Below, one piece after another: positions 1 to 13,013 of a stretch of 64,000 nt of DNA (its first letter is position 1; each line of letters opens with the position of its first letter). The DNA comes from Actinomycetes bacterium (lineage in GTDB: Bacteria; Actinomycetota; Actinomycetes; Actinomycetales; Microbacteriaceae), in NCBI GenBank assembly GCA_046565745.1, contig JBKHYA010000002.1:2350-66349 (forward strand), in the 5' to 3' direction. A program made the position numbers and the translations under genes. The notes below the pieces were generated by a model, which saw nothing but the letters and a program-made list of their open reading frames with translations, searched no databases and was not told where the DNA came from.

Positions 1-2
1 TC

Positions 3-356
3 CGCTTCCCCGACGCGCTCAGCCGACTGCACGCCGCGACGAAGCCGCAGATCCTCGGCCTCGTGCTCGTCGTCGTCGCCCTCGCGCTCAGTCAGCGCAG
101 CTGGGCCGCACTCCTGCTGCTCACGCCGGTCATCGTGCTGCAGATGCTCACGGCGCCGATCTCGGCCCACATGGTCGGCCGCGCCGGCTACCGCACGGGC
201 GACTTCGACCCGTCCACTCTCGTGGTCGACGAGCTGGCGGCGGATGTCGCGGACGCGGGCCGCTCGGACCTCCCGGGGTCGTCCGATCCGACCGACCGCG
301 CGACCGGGCGAGCACCCCGCTCCGACGCGTCGGGGGAGCCCTCCGGCGAGGCATAA
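3..356 (+). CDS. mnhG: Monovalent cation/H+ antiporter subunit G (5'-truncated by window edge)
   Basis: Frame 3 reads RFPDALSRLHAATKPQILG...LTAPISAHMVGRAGYR, the MnhG/PhaG signature; open to window start. Confidence 0.88.
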   Translation, partial: RFPDALSRLHAATKPQILGLVLVVVALALSQRSWAALLLLTPVIVLQMLTAPISAHMVGRAGYRTGDFDPSTLVVDELAADVADAGRSDLPGSSDPTDRATGRAPRSDASGEPSGEA

Positions 357-365
357 ACTCGACCC

Positions 366-2060
366 ATGTCGGAGATCGACCACAAGCCCCGTTCCCGCGT
401 CGTCACGGACGGCATCGAAGCCACCACCTCGCGCGGCATGCTGCGCGCCGTCGGCATGGGCGATGACGACTGGGACAAGGCCCAGATCGGCATCGCGAGC
501 TCGTGGAACGAGATCACGCCCTGCAACCTCTCGCTCGGCCGCCTCGCGCAGGCCGCGAAGGAGGGCGTGCACGCGGGCGGCGGCTACCCGCTGCAGTTCG
601 GCACCGTGAGCGTCTCCGACGGCATCTCGATGGGCCACGAGGGCATGCACTTCTCGCTCGTGAGCCGCGAGGTCATCGCCGACAGCGTCGAGACCGTCAT
701 GCAGGCCGAGCGCCTCGACGGCTCCGTCCTGCTCGCGGGCTGCGACAAGTCCATCCCCGGCATGCTCATGGCCGCCGCGCGCCTGGACCTCGCGAGCGTC
801 TTCCTCTACGCGGGCTCGATCGCGCCCGGCTGGGTCAAGCTCAGCGACGGCACCGAGAAGCCCATCACGATCATCGACTCGTTCGAGGCGGTCGGCGCGG
901 TCAAGGCCGGCAAGATGAGCGCCGAGGACGCCCACCGCATCGAGTGCGCGTTCGCCCCCGGCGAGGGCGCGTGCGGCGGCATGTACACCGCGAACACGAT
1001 GGCCTCGGTCGCTGAGGCGCTCGGCCTGAGCCTGCCCGGCTCGGCGAGCCCCGCGAGCTACGACCGCCGCCGCGACATGTACGCCCACCGCTCCGGCGAG
1101 GCCGTCGTCAACCTGCTGAAGAAGGGCATCACCGCCCGGCAGATCCTGACGAAGGAGGCGTTCGAGAACGCCGTGACCGTCGCGATGGCGCTCGGCGGCT
1201 CGACGAACGTCGTCCTCCACATCCTCGCGATCGCGAACGAGGCCGAGGTGCCCTTCACGCTCGACGACTTCAACCGCATCGGCAACCGCGTTCCGCACAT
1301 CGGCGATCTCAAGCCCTTCGGCAAGTACGTCATGAACGACGTCGACCGCCAGGGCGGTCTGCCCGTGCTGCTCAAGGCGCTCCTCGACGCGGGGCTCCTG
1401 CACGGCGACGCGCTCACCGTCACGGGGAGGACGATGGCCGAGAACCTCGCCGAGCTGAACCCCGACCCGCTCGACGGCGAGGTGCTGCGCAAGCTCGACG
1501 ACCCCATCCACGCCACCGGCGGCATCACGATCCTCCACGGGTCGATGGCTCCCGAGGGTGCCGTCGTGAAGACCGCCGGCTTCGACGCCGCCGTCTTCGA
1601 GGGCCCCGCGCGCGTGTTCGAGCGCGAGCGCGCCGCGATGGACGCCGTCGCCGAGGGGACCATCGAGCCCGGCACCGTGATCGTGATCCGCTACGAGGGG
1701 CCCAAGGGCGGCCCCGGCATGCGCGAGATGCTCGCGACCACCGCCGCGATCAAGGGCGCAGGGCTCGGAAAAGATGTACTACTCTTGACCGACGGTCGAT
1801 TCTCAGGCGGCACAACCGGACTGTGCATCGGCCACATAGCTCCCGAAGCGGTCGACGCTGGTCCGATCGCCTTCGTGCGCGATGGTGATCTCATACGGGT
1901 CGATATCGCTGCTCGCTCCCTCGACCTACTGGTCGACGCAGACGAGCTGGAGGCGCGCCGCACCGGCTGGGCGCCCCTGCCTCCGCGCTACACCCGTGGC
2001 GTTCTCGCCAAGTACTCGAAGCTCGTGCGCTCCGCTGCGGAGGGCGCGGTCACCGGGTAG
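366..2060 (+). CDS. ilvD: Dihydroxy-acid dehydratase
   Basis: [56 protein letters not shown] motifs; TAAACT 6 nt before ATG suggests leaderless start. Confidence 0.98.
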   Translation: MSEIDHKPRSRVVTDGIEATTSRGMLRAVGMGDDDWDKAQIGIASSWNEITPCNLSLGRLAQAAKEGVHAGGGYPLQFGTVSVSDGISMGHEGMHFSLVSREVIADSVETVMQAERLDGSVLLAGCDKSIPGMLMAAARLDLASVFLYAGSIAPGWVKLSDGTEKPITIIDSFEAVGAVKAGKMSAEDAHRIECAFAPGEGACGGMYTANTMASVAEALGLSLPGSASPASYDRRRDMYAHRSGEAVVNLLKKGITARQILTKEAFENAVTVAMALGGSTNVVLHILAIANEAEVPFTLDDFNRIGNRVPHIGDLKPFGKYVMNDVDRQGGLPVLLKALLDAGLLHGDALTVTGRTMAENLAELNPDPLDGEVLRKLDDPIHATGGITILHGSMAPEGAVVKTAGFDAAVFEGPARVFERERAAMDAVAEGTIEPGTVIVIRYEGPKGGPGMREMLATTAAIKGAGLGKDVLLLTDGRFSGGTTGLCIGHIAPEAVDAGPIAFVRDGDLIRVDIAARSLDLLVDADELEARRTGWAPLPPRYTRGVLAKYSKLVRSAAEGAVTG

Positions 2061-2103
2061 TCAGGCGCTCACCCTCCCTCGCACACGACCTCAGGACTCC
2101 TTC

Positions 2104-3903
2104 ATGCCTACGGAAGCAACCCCCGTGCCGGGCCCGTCCGCGCCGTCCCGATCCGAGCCGCCCGTGCTCACCGGGTCCGGCGCCATCCTCGCCTCGCTCG
2201 AGAAGCTCGGCGTCACCGACGTCTTCGGCCTCCCCGGCGGCGCCATCATGCCGTTCTACGACGAGCTCATGGCCTCGACCGCCATCCGTCACATCCTCGT
2301 CCGCCACGAGCAGGGCGCCGGCCACGCCGCCGAGGGCTACGCCGCCGCGAGCGGGCGCCTCGGCGTCTGCATCGCGACCTCCGGCCCCGGCGCGACGAAC
2401 CTCGTGACGGCGATCGCGGATGCCTACATGGACTCCGTCCCGCTCCTCGCGATCACCGGCCAGGTCTTCTCGACCTCGATGGGGACGGACGCGTTCCAGG
2501 AGGTCGACATCACGGGCATCACGATGCCCATCACGAAGCACTCCTTCCTCGTCACCAAGCCCGAGGACGTCCCCGGCGTGCTCGCCGCGGCCGTGCACAT
2601 CGCGACGACCGGTCGCCCCGGCCCCGTGCTCGTCGACGTCACGAAGGACGCCCAGCAGAAGTCGGCGCCGTTCATCTGGCCGCCGAAGATCGACCTCCCC
2701 GGCTACCGACCGGTGACGAAAGCGCACGGCAAGCAGATCAACGCCGCCGCCCAGCTCATCGCCGAGTCGCGCCGCCCCGTACTCTACGTCGGCGGCGGCG
2801 TCATCCGTGCTGGCGCCCACGCCGAGCTCCTGCGCTTCGCGGAGGAGACGGGCGCCCCCGTCGTCACGACGCTCATGGCGCGCGGCGCGTTCCCCGACTC
2901 GCACCAGCAGAACCTCGGCATGCCGGGGATGCACGGCACCGTCCCCTCGGTGCTCGCGCTCCAGGAGAGCGACCTGCTCATCGCCCTCGGCGCGCGCTTC
3001 GACGACCGCGTGACCGGCAAGGTGAGCGAGTTCGCCCCGCACGCCAAGGTCATCCACGTCGACATCGACCCCGCCGAGATCGGCAAGATCCGCGCCGCCG
3101 ACGTGCCGATCGTGGGCGACGCCCGCGAGGTGCTCCTCGACCTGCTGCCCGCCTACCGCGACGCGGCGAAGGCGGTGAAGCCCGACTTCTCCGACTGGTG
3201 GAAGCGCATCGAGAGCCTCCGCACCCAGTACCCGCTCGGCTACACGTTGCCCGACGACGGCCTCCTGTCGCCGCAGTGGGTCATCCAGAAGATCGGCGAG
3301 CTCTCGGGCCCCGAGGCCGTCTACGCCGCGGGCGTCGGCCAGCACCAGATGTGGGCCGCGCAGTTCATCAAGTACGAGCGCCCCGGCTCGTGGCTCAACT
3401 CCGGCGGCGCCGGCACGATGGGCTACGCCGTGCCCGCCGCGATGGGCGCGAAGGTCGCTCAGCCCGACCGCCTCGTGTGGGCGATCGACGGCGACGGCTG
3501 CTTCCAGATGACCAATCAGGAGCTCGCGACCTGCACGATCAACGAGATCCCGATCAAGGTCGCCGTCATCAACAACTCCTCGCTCGGCATGGTCCGCCAG
3601 TGGCAGACGCTGTTCTACGACGGCCGCCACTCGTTCACCGACCTCAACACCGGGCACGACACGGCGATGATCCCTGACTTCATCAAGATGGCCGACGCCT
3701 ACGGCGCGCTGGGCATCCGCGTCACGAAGCCGGAGGAGGTCGAGCCGGCCATCCGCCTCGCGATGGAGACCAACGACCGCCCCGTCGTCATCGACTTCAT
3801 CGTCAGCCGCGACGCGATGGTGTGGCCGATGGTGCCGCAGGGCGTCGGCAACTCGCAAGTGCAGTACGCGCGCGACCACGCGCCCGAGTGGGAGAGGGAG
3901 TAA
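2104..3903 (+). CDS. ilvB: Acetolactate synthase large subunit
   Basis: [31 protein letters not shown] ThDP motif; ATG 2104 with AGGA upstream preferred over ORF-track start 1882. Confidence 0.96.
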   Translation: MPTEATPVPGPSAPSRSEPPVLTGSGAILASLEKLGVTDVFGLPGGAIMPFYDELMASTAIRHILVRHEQGAGHAAEGYAAASGRLGVCIATSGPGATNLVTAIADAYMDSVPLLAITGQVFSTSMGTDAFQEVDITGITMPITKHSFLVTKPEDVPGVLAAAVHIATTGRPGPVLVDVTKDAQQKSAPFIWPPKIDLPGYRPVTKAHGKQINAAAQLIAESRRPVLYVGGGVIRAGAHAELLRFAEETGAPVVTTLMARGAFPDSHQQNLGMPGMHGTVPSVLALQESDLLIALGARFDDRVTGKVSEFAPHAKVIHVDIDPAEIGKIRAADVPIVGDAREVLLDLLPAYRDAAKAVKPDFSDWWKRIESLRTQYPLGYTLPDDGLLSPQWVIQKIGELSGPEAVYAAGVGQHQMWAAQFIKYERPGSWLNSGGAGTMGYAVPAAMGAKVAQPDRLVWAIDGDGCFQMTNQELATCTINEIPIKVAVINNSSLGMVRQWQTLFYDGRHSFTDLNTGHDTAMIPDFIKMADAYGALGIRVTKPEEVEPAIRLAMETNDRPVVIDFIVSRDAMVWPMVPQGVGNSQVQYARDHAPEWERE

Positions 3904-3906
3904 CCC

Positions 3907-5506
<1,600 letters not shown>

Positions 5507-5611
5507 CGTCGCCGCAGTCCGCGATGCGGACGCGGTGTTTGCCGGTTCCGATGCGCAAGCGCATCGGAACATCGACGGGTCGGCCGCGCGCTAGTCGCCC
5601 GTTCGCACGAC

Positions 5612-5645
5612 GGCCGGTCGCCCTTCGGGGCGGCCGGCCTTTGTG
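5612..5645 (+). terminator. Probable intrinsic terminator of ilv operon
   Basis: GGCCGGTCGCCC-TTCG-GGGCGGCCGGCC hairpin followed by TTTGT. Confidence 0.7.
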
Positions 5646-5664
5646 GTTGCGTCCGTCGCAGCAG

Positions 5665-6459
5665 CTACCGCGGGGGAGAGGCGCGGTCGGCGCCGTGCTC
5701 CGGCCCGTACTCGTCCTTCCAGATGAGCGTCGGCTCGGCCTGCGGCCGCGGGCCGCGCCGCCCCGTCGCGAGCCAGATCGCGAGCGCGATGAGCCCCTCG
5801 ACGTGCGAGGCGAGGAACGCGCCGAGCACGAGCGGCGCGTAGAGCGCCCCGAGGTAGGTCGCCGCGATGACGAGCCCCGAGGACGACCCCCACGGCGCCG
5901 CGAGCAGCGCGGGCGCCGCGAGCGTCACGAGCCACCACGCCCCGAGCCCGCCGGCGCCGACGATCGCGAGCACGGTCGCGGCGATGAGCCACAGCGCCCC
6001 GACCGCGACCTGCGCGACGAGCAGCCACCCGAGCGCCCCGCCGTGGCGCAGCCGGCTCTCGAGCCCGACCGCGGCCCACATGACGCGCGCCCGCAGCAGG
6101 TGGATGCCGTTGTCGACGAGCGCGACGCGGAACAGGTCGTCGGCCACGCGCCGCCGCGGCAGGCGCTCGTCGACGGGGGCGCGCCGGGCATCCTCGACCA
6201 TCGCGTCGTGCAGGATCGCCGGAAGCGTCTGCGGGCCGTAGTTGGCGATGAGCCCCCACAGGAACGGCGGCACCGACGCGAAGTCGGTCGAGTTGCCCTC
6301 GACCGGCGGACGCGTCGTGTCGTGCGCGGGCACGGCGACGACCGAGCCGTCGCGCGGGTCGCGGTACGCGAACGGCGCCGTGACCTGGAACCCCCGGCCC
6401 ATCCGGTACAGCAGCGGCACGCCCTCGAGCGGGCGCCCGTCGACGGTGATGAACGGCAT
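5665..6459 (-). CDS. DUF1353-like domain membrane protein
   Basis: STDFASVPPFLW..AILHD motif plus C-terminal hydrophobic helices. Confidence 0.75.
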   Translation of the reverse strand: MPFITVDGRPLEGVPLLYRMGRGFQVTAPFAYRDPRDGSVVAVPAHDTTRPPVEGNSTDFASVPPFLWGLIANYGPQTLPAILHDAMVEDARRAPVDERLPRRRVADDLFRVALVDNGIHLLRARVMWAAVGLESRLRHGGALGWLLVAQVAVGALWLIAATVLAIVGAGGLGAWWLVTLAAPALLAAPWGSSSGLVIAATYLGALYAPLVLGAFLASHVEGLIALAIWLATGRRGPRPQAEPTLIWKDEYGPEHGADRASPPR

Positions 6460-6539
6460 GTCTTCCCCCTGACGCTCGACGCTAGCCGCTGCCTCCGACG
6501 CTCAGCGGGCGTCGTCCCGAGGGTCGATAGGGTGGCCAC

Positions 6540-7007
6540 ATGACTGCCGACCGCCGCGAGGACGCCCTCGACTGGGGCGACCCCGACGACCCGAGCTGGG
6601 TCGATCCCGGCCGCGACGATCGCGTCGACGCCGACGAGCCCGCGCCGGGCGATGAGGGGGCGGATGCCCGCGACGGCGCCGCCGCGCCCGTCTCGACCGC
6701 CGCATCCCCCGCCGACCGCCGTCGCAGCGCTGTGACGGCGGCCACGGGCCTCCTCGCCGGGGTGTATCTGGCGTACTCGGTCGGCTGGATCCTGTCGATC
6801 GGCACGCTGCCCCTGACGGGCGCGACGGTGCTCATCGAGGTCATGTACCAGTTCGGCGAGTTCCTCGCGATCATCGCGTGCGCACTGTGGTTCGGCACCG
6901 TCATGGCGCTCACGCGCGGCGGTCGCCCGGCCGTGCGGATCGGCTGGCTCGCGCTCGGCACGCTCGTGCTCATCCCGTGGCCGCTGCTCATCGGGGTGCT
7001 CTCGTGA
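6540..7007 (+). CDS. Hypothetical membrane protein
   Basis: Acidic N-terminus then three TM segments; TAGGGT 6 nt before ATG. Confidence 0.75.
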   Translation: MTADRREDALDWGDPDDPSWVDPGRDDRVDADEPAPGDEGADARDGAAAPVSTAASPADRRRSAVTAATGLLAGVYLAYSVGWILSIGTLPLTGATVLIEVMYQFGEFLAIIACALWFGTVMALTRGGRPAVRIGWLALGTLVLIPWPLLIGVLS

Positions 7008-7318
7008 GCCGCGTCGCGCGCATCGCCGTCACGGTCGTGCTCGGGCTCGTCGCCGCGTGGTTCCTCTTCGACGGCACCTCGAACCTGCTCGCCTTCCCGC
7101 AGCAGCTCCAGGCGCTCGGGGTTGCCGAGCGCACCCCGTGGGTGATCCTGTGGGCGAGCGTGCTTCTGCCTCCGCTGGTCTTCGCGGGCGCCGCGATCGG
7201 CGCCCGTCGACTTCCGCTCGCGCGGTACACGCTCGTGCTCATCGTCGCGCTGTGCGTCGTCGCGACGAGCCGCCTGAGCCTCATCGCCGCAGCGGGTGCG
7301 TCGGTCAGCCTCGCCTGA
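7004..7318 (+). CDS. Hypothetical membrane protein
   Basis: GTGA overlap with upstream stop; three hydrophobic segments. Confidence 0.7.
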   Translation: MSRVARIAVTVVLGLVAAWFLFDGTSNLLAFPQQLQALGVAERTPWVILWASVLLPPLVFAGAAIGARRLPLARYTLVLIVALCVVATSRLSLIAAAGASVSLA

Positions 7319-7358
7319 GCGCCGCGCCCGAGCCCAGCGCCCCGAGGGGCGGTCGTCA

Positions 7359-7736
7359 TCAGCCCAGCGACACCCACAGCACGACCGCGATGAGCGCGAC
7401 CTGCGCGATGAGCCGAGGCCAGAACGGCACGGCGATGCGGCCGAAGCGCTCGGGGTGCTTCGCGGCATAGGCGTTGGCGGGGAAGACGCAGACGAGGAAC
7501 ACCGCGAGCGCGATCCCTGCGGCGACGCGCGTCGGCTCCCACAGCAGGCCGAGCCCCCCGGCGATCTCGCACACGCCCGTGATCCACACGAGCCAGCGCG
7601 CCGAGAAGGGCCGGTTCCACAGCGCGGGAGGAATGATCGCGGCCATCCCGCGGACGAACATCGGGACGAAGTGGAGGGCGCCCATGGCGATGAACAGCGC
7701 CGCCGTGATCGCGCGCGCGAGGTCGACGGGCGTCAT
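7359..7736 (-). CDS. DoxX-family membrane protein
   Basis: GALHF, TGVCEIAGGLGLL, VFPAN motifs; CAGAAT 7 nt upstream of ATG 7736. Confidence 0.82.
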   Translation of the reverse strand: MTPVDLARAITAALFIAMGALHFVPMFVRGMAAIIPPALWNRPFSARWLVWITGVCEIAGGLGLLWEPTRVAAGIALAVFLVCVFPANAYAAKHPERFGRIAVPFWPRLIAQVALIAVVLWVSLG

Positions 7737-7855
7737 GGCCGCCATTCTGCCTGCGATACCCTGGGAGCACCGATCGCCCCCCACCGGAGTGCGGCGATCG
7801 CACACCACCACCACCACATCTCGTTTCGCGTACACCCCTGCGTAAGGACGTCCTC

Positions 7856-9448
7856 GTGACCAAGCCGGTTGTGCTCATCGCCGAAGAACTCTCTCCCGCC
7901 ACGGTCGACGCCCTCGGGCCCGACTTCGAGATCCGCCAGGTCGACGGCACTGACCGCTCGGCTCTGTTGTCGGCCCTCGCCGACGCGAGCGCGGTGCTCA
8001 TCCGCTCGGCCACGCAGATGGACGCCGAGGCGATCGCCGCGGGCAAGCGCCTCAAGGTCATCGCCCGCGCGGGCGTCGGGCTCGACAACGTCGACGTGAC
8101 GTCGGCGACGACCGCGGGCGTCATGGTCGTCAACGCCCCCACCTCGAACGTCATCTCGGCCGCCGAGCTCGCCGTCGGCCACCTGCTCGCCCTCGCGCGG
8201 CACATCCCGGACGCGAACGCCTCGATGAAGCGCGGCGAGTGGAAGCGCTCGGCCTTCACGGGCATCGAGCTCTACGAGAAGACCATCGGCGTCGTCGGCC
8301 TCGGCCGCATCGGCACGCTCGTCGCCCAGCGCCTCGCGGGCTTCGGCGTCGAGCTCGTCGGCTACGACCCCTTCGTCCCGCCCGCGCGCGCGCAGCAGCT
8401 CGGCGTGACCCTCCTGAGCCTCGACGAGCTCATGGAGCGCAGCGACTTCATCACCATCCACATCCCGAAGACCCCCGAGACGACCAACCTCATCGGGGCG
8501 GCGCAGTTCGCGAAGGCCAAGCCCTCGCTGCGGATCGTCAACGCGAGCCGCGGCGGCATCATCGACGAGGATGCCCTGCGCGAGGCGCTCGCCACCGGCC
8601 GCATCGCCGGGGCCGGCCTCGATGTGTTCGTCGCCGAGCCGCCCGTCGGCTCGCCCCTGCTCGACCTCCCCACGATCCAGCTCACCCCGCACCTCGGCGC
8701 GTCGACCGACGAGGCGCAGGAGAAGGCCGGTGTCTCGGTCGCGAAGTCGGTGCGCCTCGCGCTCGACGGCGAGCTCGTGCCGGATGCCGTCAACGTCGCG
8801 GGCGGCGTCATCGACCCGACCGTGCGCCCGGGCATCCCGCTCATGGAGAAGCTCGGCCAGGTGTTCGCGAGCCTCGCCGATCACGCCTTCGCGAGCATCG
8901 ACGTCGAGGTGCGCGGCGAGATCGTCGAGCACGACGTCAATGTGCTCAAGCTCGCGGCCCTCAAGGGCATCTTCGGGCGCATCTCGAGCGAGCAGGTGAG
9001 CTACGTCAACGCGCCGCTCCTCGCCGAGCAGCTCGGCGTCGCCGTCCGGCTCATCACCGACGCCGCGAGCGAGGAGTACCGCAACCTCCTCACGATCCGC
9101 GGCGCGCTCGCCGACGGCACGCAGCTGTCGGTCTCCGGCACCCTCGTGGGCGCCAAGCAGGCGCAGAAGATCGTCGAGATCAACGGGTACGACGTCGAGG
9201 TGCCGATGGCCGAGCACTTCATCGTCATGCTCTACACCGACCGCCCCGGGATCGTCGCGGTCTACGGCAAGGAGTTCGGCGAGGCGCAGATCAACATCGC
9301 CGGCATGCAGATCGCCCGCCACGAGGCCGGGGGCCCCGCGCTGAGCGTGCTCACCGTCGACTCGCGCGTTCCCGACGAGCTGCTCGAGCGCGTGCGCGCC
9401 GCGATCGACGCGACCGTCATGCGCGAGATCACCATCATCGAGGGCTGA
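7856..9448 (+). CDS. serA: D-3-phosphoglycerate dehydrogenase (with ASB and ACT domains)
   Basis: RAGVGLDNVD, GLGRIG, TPHLGAST, C-terminal DRPG..NIAGMQ ACT domain. Confidence 0.97.
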   Translation: MTKPVVLIAEELSPATVDALGPDFEIRQVDGTDRSALLSALADASAVLIRSATQMDAEAIAAGKRLKVIARAGVGLDNVDVTSATTAGVMVVNAPTSNVISAAELAVGHLLALARHIPDANASMKRGEWKRSAFTGIELYEKTIGVVGLGRIGTLVAQRLAGFGVELVGYDPFVPPARAQQLGVTLLSLDELMERSDFITIHIPKTPETTNLIGAAQFAKAKPSLRIVNASRGGIIDEDALREALATGRIAGAGLDVFVAEPPVGSPLLDLPTIQLTPHLGASTDEAQEKAGVSVAKSVRLALDGELVPDAVNVAGGVIDPTVRPGIPLMEKLGQVFASLADHAFASIDVEVRGEIVEHDVNVLKLAALKGIFGRISSEQVSYVNAPLLAEQLGVAVRLITDAASEEYRNLLTIRGALADGTQLSVSGTLVGAKQAQKIVEINGYDVEVPMAEHFIVMLYTDRPGIVAVYGKEFGEAQINIAGMQIARHEAGGPALSVLTVDSRVPDELLERVRAAIDATVMREITIIEG

Positions 9449-9468
9449 GCGCGCAGCCCCTGCGCACA

Positions 9469-9510
9469 GCGACGGCGCCGCCCCCGAGGGGAGCGGCGCT
9501 GTCGTCGTTT
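9469..9510 (+). terminator. Probable terminator after serA
   Basis: GCGACGGCGCCGC...GCGGCGCTGTCGT stem then CGTTT, between convergent genes. Confidence 0.55.
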
Positions 9511-9523
9511 CTGGTCGTGCGCG

Positions 9524-9763
9524 CTACGCGATCTCGTCGCGGCGCGTCACGCGGTCGCCCGTGACCGGGTCGACCGTGGTGTGCGACGTCGACGTGGAGC
9601 GGCGACGGCTCATCAGCACGACGCCGATGATGACCGTCACGACGCCGGCGACCATCAGGATGTACCCGATCGTCGACAGCTCGATCCAGTCGAGGCTGAC
9701 GTTCACGGCGAAGGCGAGGATCGCCCCCAGCGCGAACATGAAGATTCCGAATCCGATGCTCAT
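9524..9763 (-). CDS. Small two-TM protein (DUF6458-like), 79 aa
   Basis: MSIGFGIFMFALGAILAFAV...IGYILMVAG; AAAGGAG RBS; it is the 3' part of the spurious ORF 9524..11134. Confidence 0.82.
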   Translation of the reverse strand: MSIGFGIFMFALGAILAFAVNVSLDWIELSTIGYILMVAGVVTVIIGVVLMSRRRSTSTSHTTVDPVTGDRVTRRDEIA

Positions 9764-9970
9764 GGTGGAGCTCCTTTCGTATCCGGGAGAGAACCTAGCG
9801 TTCCCTGGATGCTTCGCGAAAGCCCTTCGTGTCCTGAGCGCCGCGGCACGCGGTAGCCTGGAGGGGCTCCCTGCCCCGGAATTCCGGGCATCCGGGGGCA
9901 TGCTGTGAATCAGCCGTACCGTCCCCCGAGCGGGGGTCGAACGCCCCGTCCGCCGTGCAGGAAGGCCCCC

Positions 9971-11020
<1,050 letters not shown>

Positions 11021-11132
11021 GCCCGAGCGCGAGCCGGACCCACCGCTCGACCTGCTCCGCGACCGCGGCGGAGTACCCTGAACCCACACTCCACCGTCGG
11101 AGAGCATCCGACGGCGATTCTCGAGGACGACC

Positions 11133-12257
11133 ATGACGAACCTGCTGCCGATGGCGGACCAGGGGCTGACCTTTCAGGTCACCCGCAACGATCGTGCGAT
11201 GAGCGATGAGGAGCGCGAGTCGATCCTCGCCGCCCCGGGCTTCGGCAAGCACTTCACCGACCACATGGTCGACATCTGCTGGAGCGTCAACGGCGGCTGG
11301 CACCGCCCCCGCGTGCAGCCCTACGGCCCGATCTCGCTCGACCCGTCCGCGGCCGTCCTGCATTACGGGCAGGAGATCTTCGAGGGCCTCAAGGCCTACC
11401 GCCACGGAGACGGATCGATCTGGTCGTTCCGCCCGGACGCGAACGCCCGCCGCCTGCAGCGCTCCGCGAAGCGCCTCGCGCTCCCCGAGCTGCCCGTCGA
11501 GCACTTCCTCGAGTCGCTGCGCCAGCTCATCGCCGTCGACGGCGACTGGGTGCCGAGCGCGCCCGAGACGAGCCTCTACCTGCGCCCGTTCATGTTCGCC
11601 AAGGAGGCCTTCCTCGGCGTCCGCCCCGCGCACAAGGTGGCCTACTACGTCATCGCCTCGCCCGCGGGGGCCTACTTCTCCGGTGGCGTCGCCCCCGTCT
11701 CGATCTGGCTCACGACCACCTACTCGCGCGCCGGCAAGGGCGGAACGGGCGCCGCGAAGACGGGCGGCAACTACGCGGCCTCGCTCGTCGCCCAGGCCGA
11801 GGCGGCCGACCACGGCTGTCAGCAGGTCCTCTTCCTCGACTCGGTCGAGGGGAAGTACCTCGAGGAGCTCGGCGGCATGAACGTCGTCCTCGTCACGAAG
11901 GACGGCACCCTCGTCACGCCGCACAGCGACTCGATCCTCGAGGGCATCACGCGCGACTCGATCCTGCAGCTCGCGGAAGACCGCGGCCACCGCGTCGAGC
12001 GTCGCCGCGTGACGCTCGACGAATGGCGCGACGGCGTCGCCTCGGGCGAGATCGTCGAGGCCTTTGCGTGCGGCACCGCCGCGGTCGTCACCCCGATCGG
12101 ACTGCTCAAGGGCATCGTCGACGGCGAGGCCTTCGAGATCGGCTCGGCCGACGCCGAGCCCGGCGAGCTGACGATGTCGCTCCGCCAGGAGCTCACCGAC
12201 ATCCAGTACGGCCGCCGCCCCGACACCCACGGGTGGATGCTCCGCCTGGACGCCTGA
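11133..12257 (+). CDS. ilvE: Branched-chain amino acid aminotransferase
   Basis: [40 protein letters not shown]. Confidence 0.97.
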   Translation: MTNLLPMADQGLTFQVTRNDRAMSDEERESILAAPGFGKHFTDHMVDICWSVNGGWHRPRVQPYGPISLDPSAAVLHYGQEIFEGLKAYRHGDGSIWSFRPDANARRLQRSAKRLALPELPVEHFLESLRQLIAVDGDWVPSAPETSLYLRPFMFAKEAFLGVRPAHKVAYYVIASPAGAYFSGGVAPVSIWLTTTYSRAGKGGTGAAKTGGNYAASLVAQAEAADHGCQQVLFLDSVEGKYLEELGGMNVVLVTKDGTLVTPHSDSILEGITRDSILQLAEDRGHRVERRRVTLDEWRDGVASGEIVEAFACGTAAVVTPIGLLKGIVDGEAFEIGSADAEPGELTMSLRQELTDIQYGRRPDTHGWMLRLDA

Positions 12258-12262
12258 GCGAC

Positions 12263-12691
12263 GTGACCACCCGCTCCGCCCGCCAGCGGGCGCTGCACCG
12301 CATCGGCGTACTCGCGCTCTCGAGCCTGTGCGGCGCGATCATCGGCCTCGTGGGCTCCGTCACCCACCAGTCGCTGCCGCCCGTCGGGGTCGTTCTCGCC
12401 CTCGCGACGTCGACGCTGTTCCTCACGGGGCTGCGCGCGTGGGGCGACGATCGCGGCCCCGCCGTCGCGGGCGCGTTCGGCATCGGATCGGTCGCGCTCG
12501 CCCTCGCGGCGCCCGGGGCCGGAGCCTCCGTGCTCATCCCCGGCAACCTGCTCGGCTACGGCTGGACGTTCGGCATCATGCTCATCGCCCTCGTGGTGCT
12601 CGCCTGGCCCCGCATCCAGCGCACTCACCGCCGACCGGCGGGTAGCATCGAATCGACCGCTCCCGATCAGAAGGACCCCTCAGCGCCGTGA
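12263..12691 (+). CDS. Hypothetical membrane protein (DUF6113-like)
   Basis: Four hydrophobic segments, typical position upstream of fdxA, overlap with fdxA start. Confidence 0.65.
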   Translation: MTTRSARQRALHRIGVLALSSLCGAIIGLVGSVTHQSLPPVGVVLALATSTLFLTGLRAWGDDRGPAVAGAFGIGSVALALAAPGAGASVLIPGNLLGYGWTFGIMLIALVVLAWPRIQRTHRRPAGSIESTAPDQKDPSAP

Positions 12692-13005
12692 CCTATGTGA
12701 TCGCACTTCCCTGCGTCGACGTCAAAGACCGCGCGTGCATCGACGAGTGCCCGGTCGACTGCATCTACGAGGGCGACCGGATGCTCTACATCCACCCCGA
12801 CGAGTGCGTCGACTGCGGCGCGTGCGAGCCCGTGTGCCCCGTCGAGGCGATCTACTACGAGGACGACCTGCCCGAGCAGTGGAGCGACTACTACCGCGCG
12901 AACGTCGAGTTCTTCCAGGAGATCGGCTCGCCCGGCGGCGCGGCGAAGGTCGGCGTGATCCACAGCGACCACGAGGTCGTCACCGCGCTCCCGCCGCAGA
13001 ACTGA
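12688..13005 (+). CDS. fdxA: 7Fe ferredoxin
   Basis: MTYVIALPCVDVKDRACIDECPVDC and CVDCGACEPVCP cysteine motifs. Confidence 0.96.
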   Translation: MTYVIALPCVDVKDRACIDECPVDCIYEGDRMLYIHPDECVDCGACEPVCPVEAIYYEDDLPEQWSDYYRANVEFFQEIGSPGGAAKVGVIHSDHEVVTALPPQN

Positions 13006-13013
13006 CCGGGGCC

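Noticed and set aside
1882-2103. 74-aa N-terminal extension of IlvB given by the ORF track
   Set aside because: Overlaps ilvD, no AHAS similarity, no SD; ATG 2104 is better supported. Kept only as a detail of the ilvD patch finding
2061-2103. Classical ilvB leader-peptide attenuator
   Set aside because: Only 43 nt; no leader ORF or terminator hairpin
7803-7817. (CAC)5 run upstream of serA as a His or Val leader peptide
   Set aside because: No suitably placed short ORF or attenuator structure; His/Val control of serA has no clear rationale
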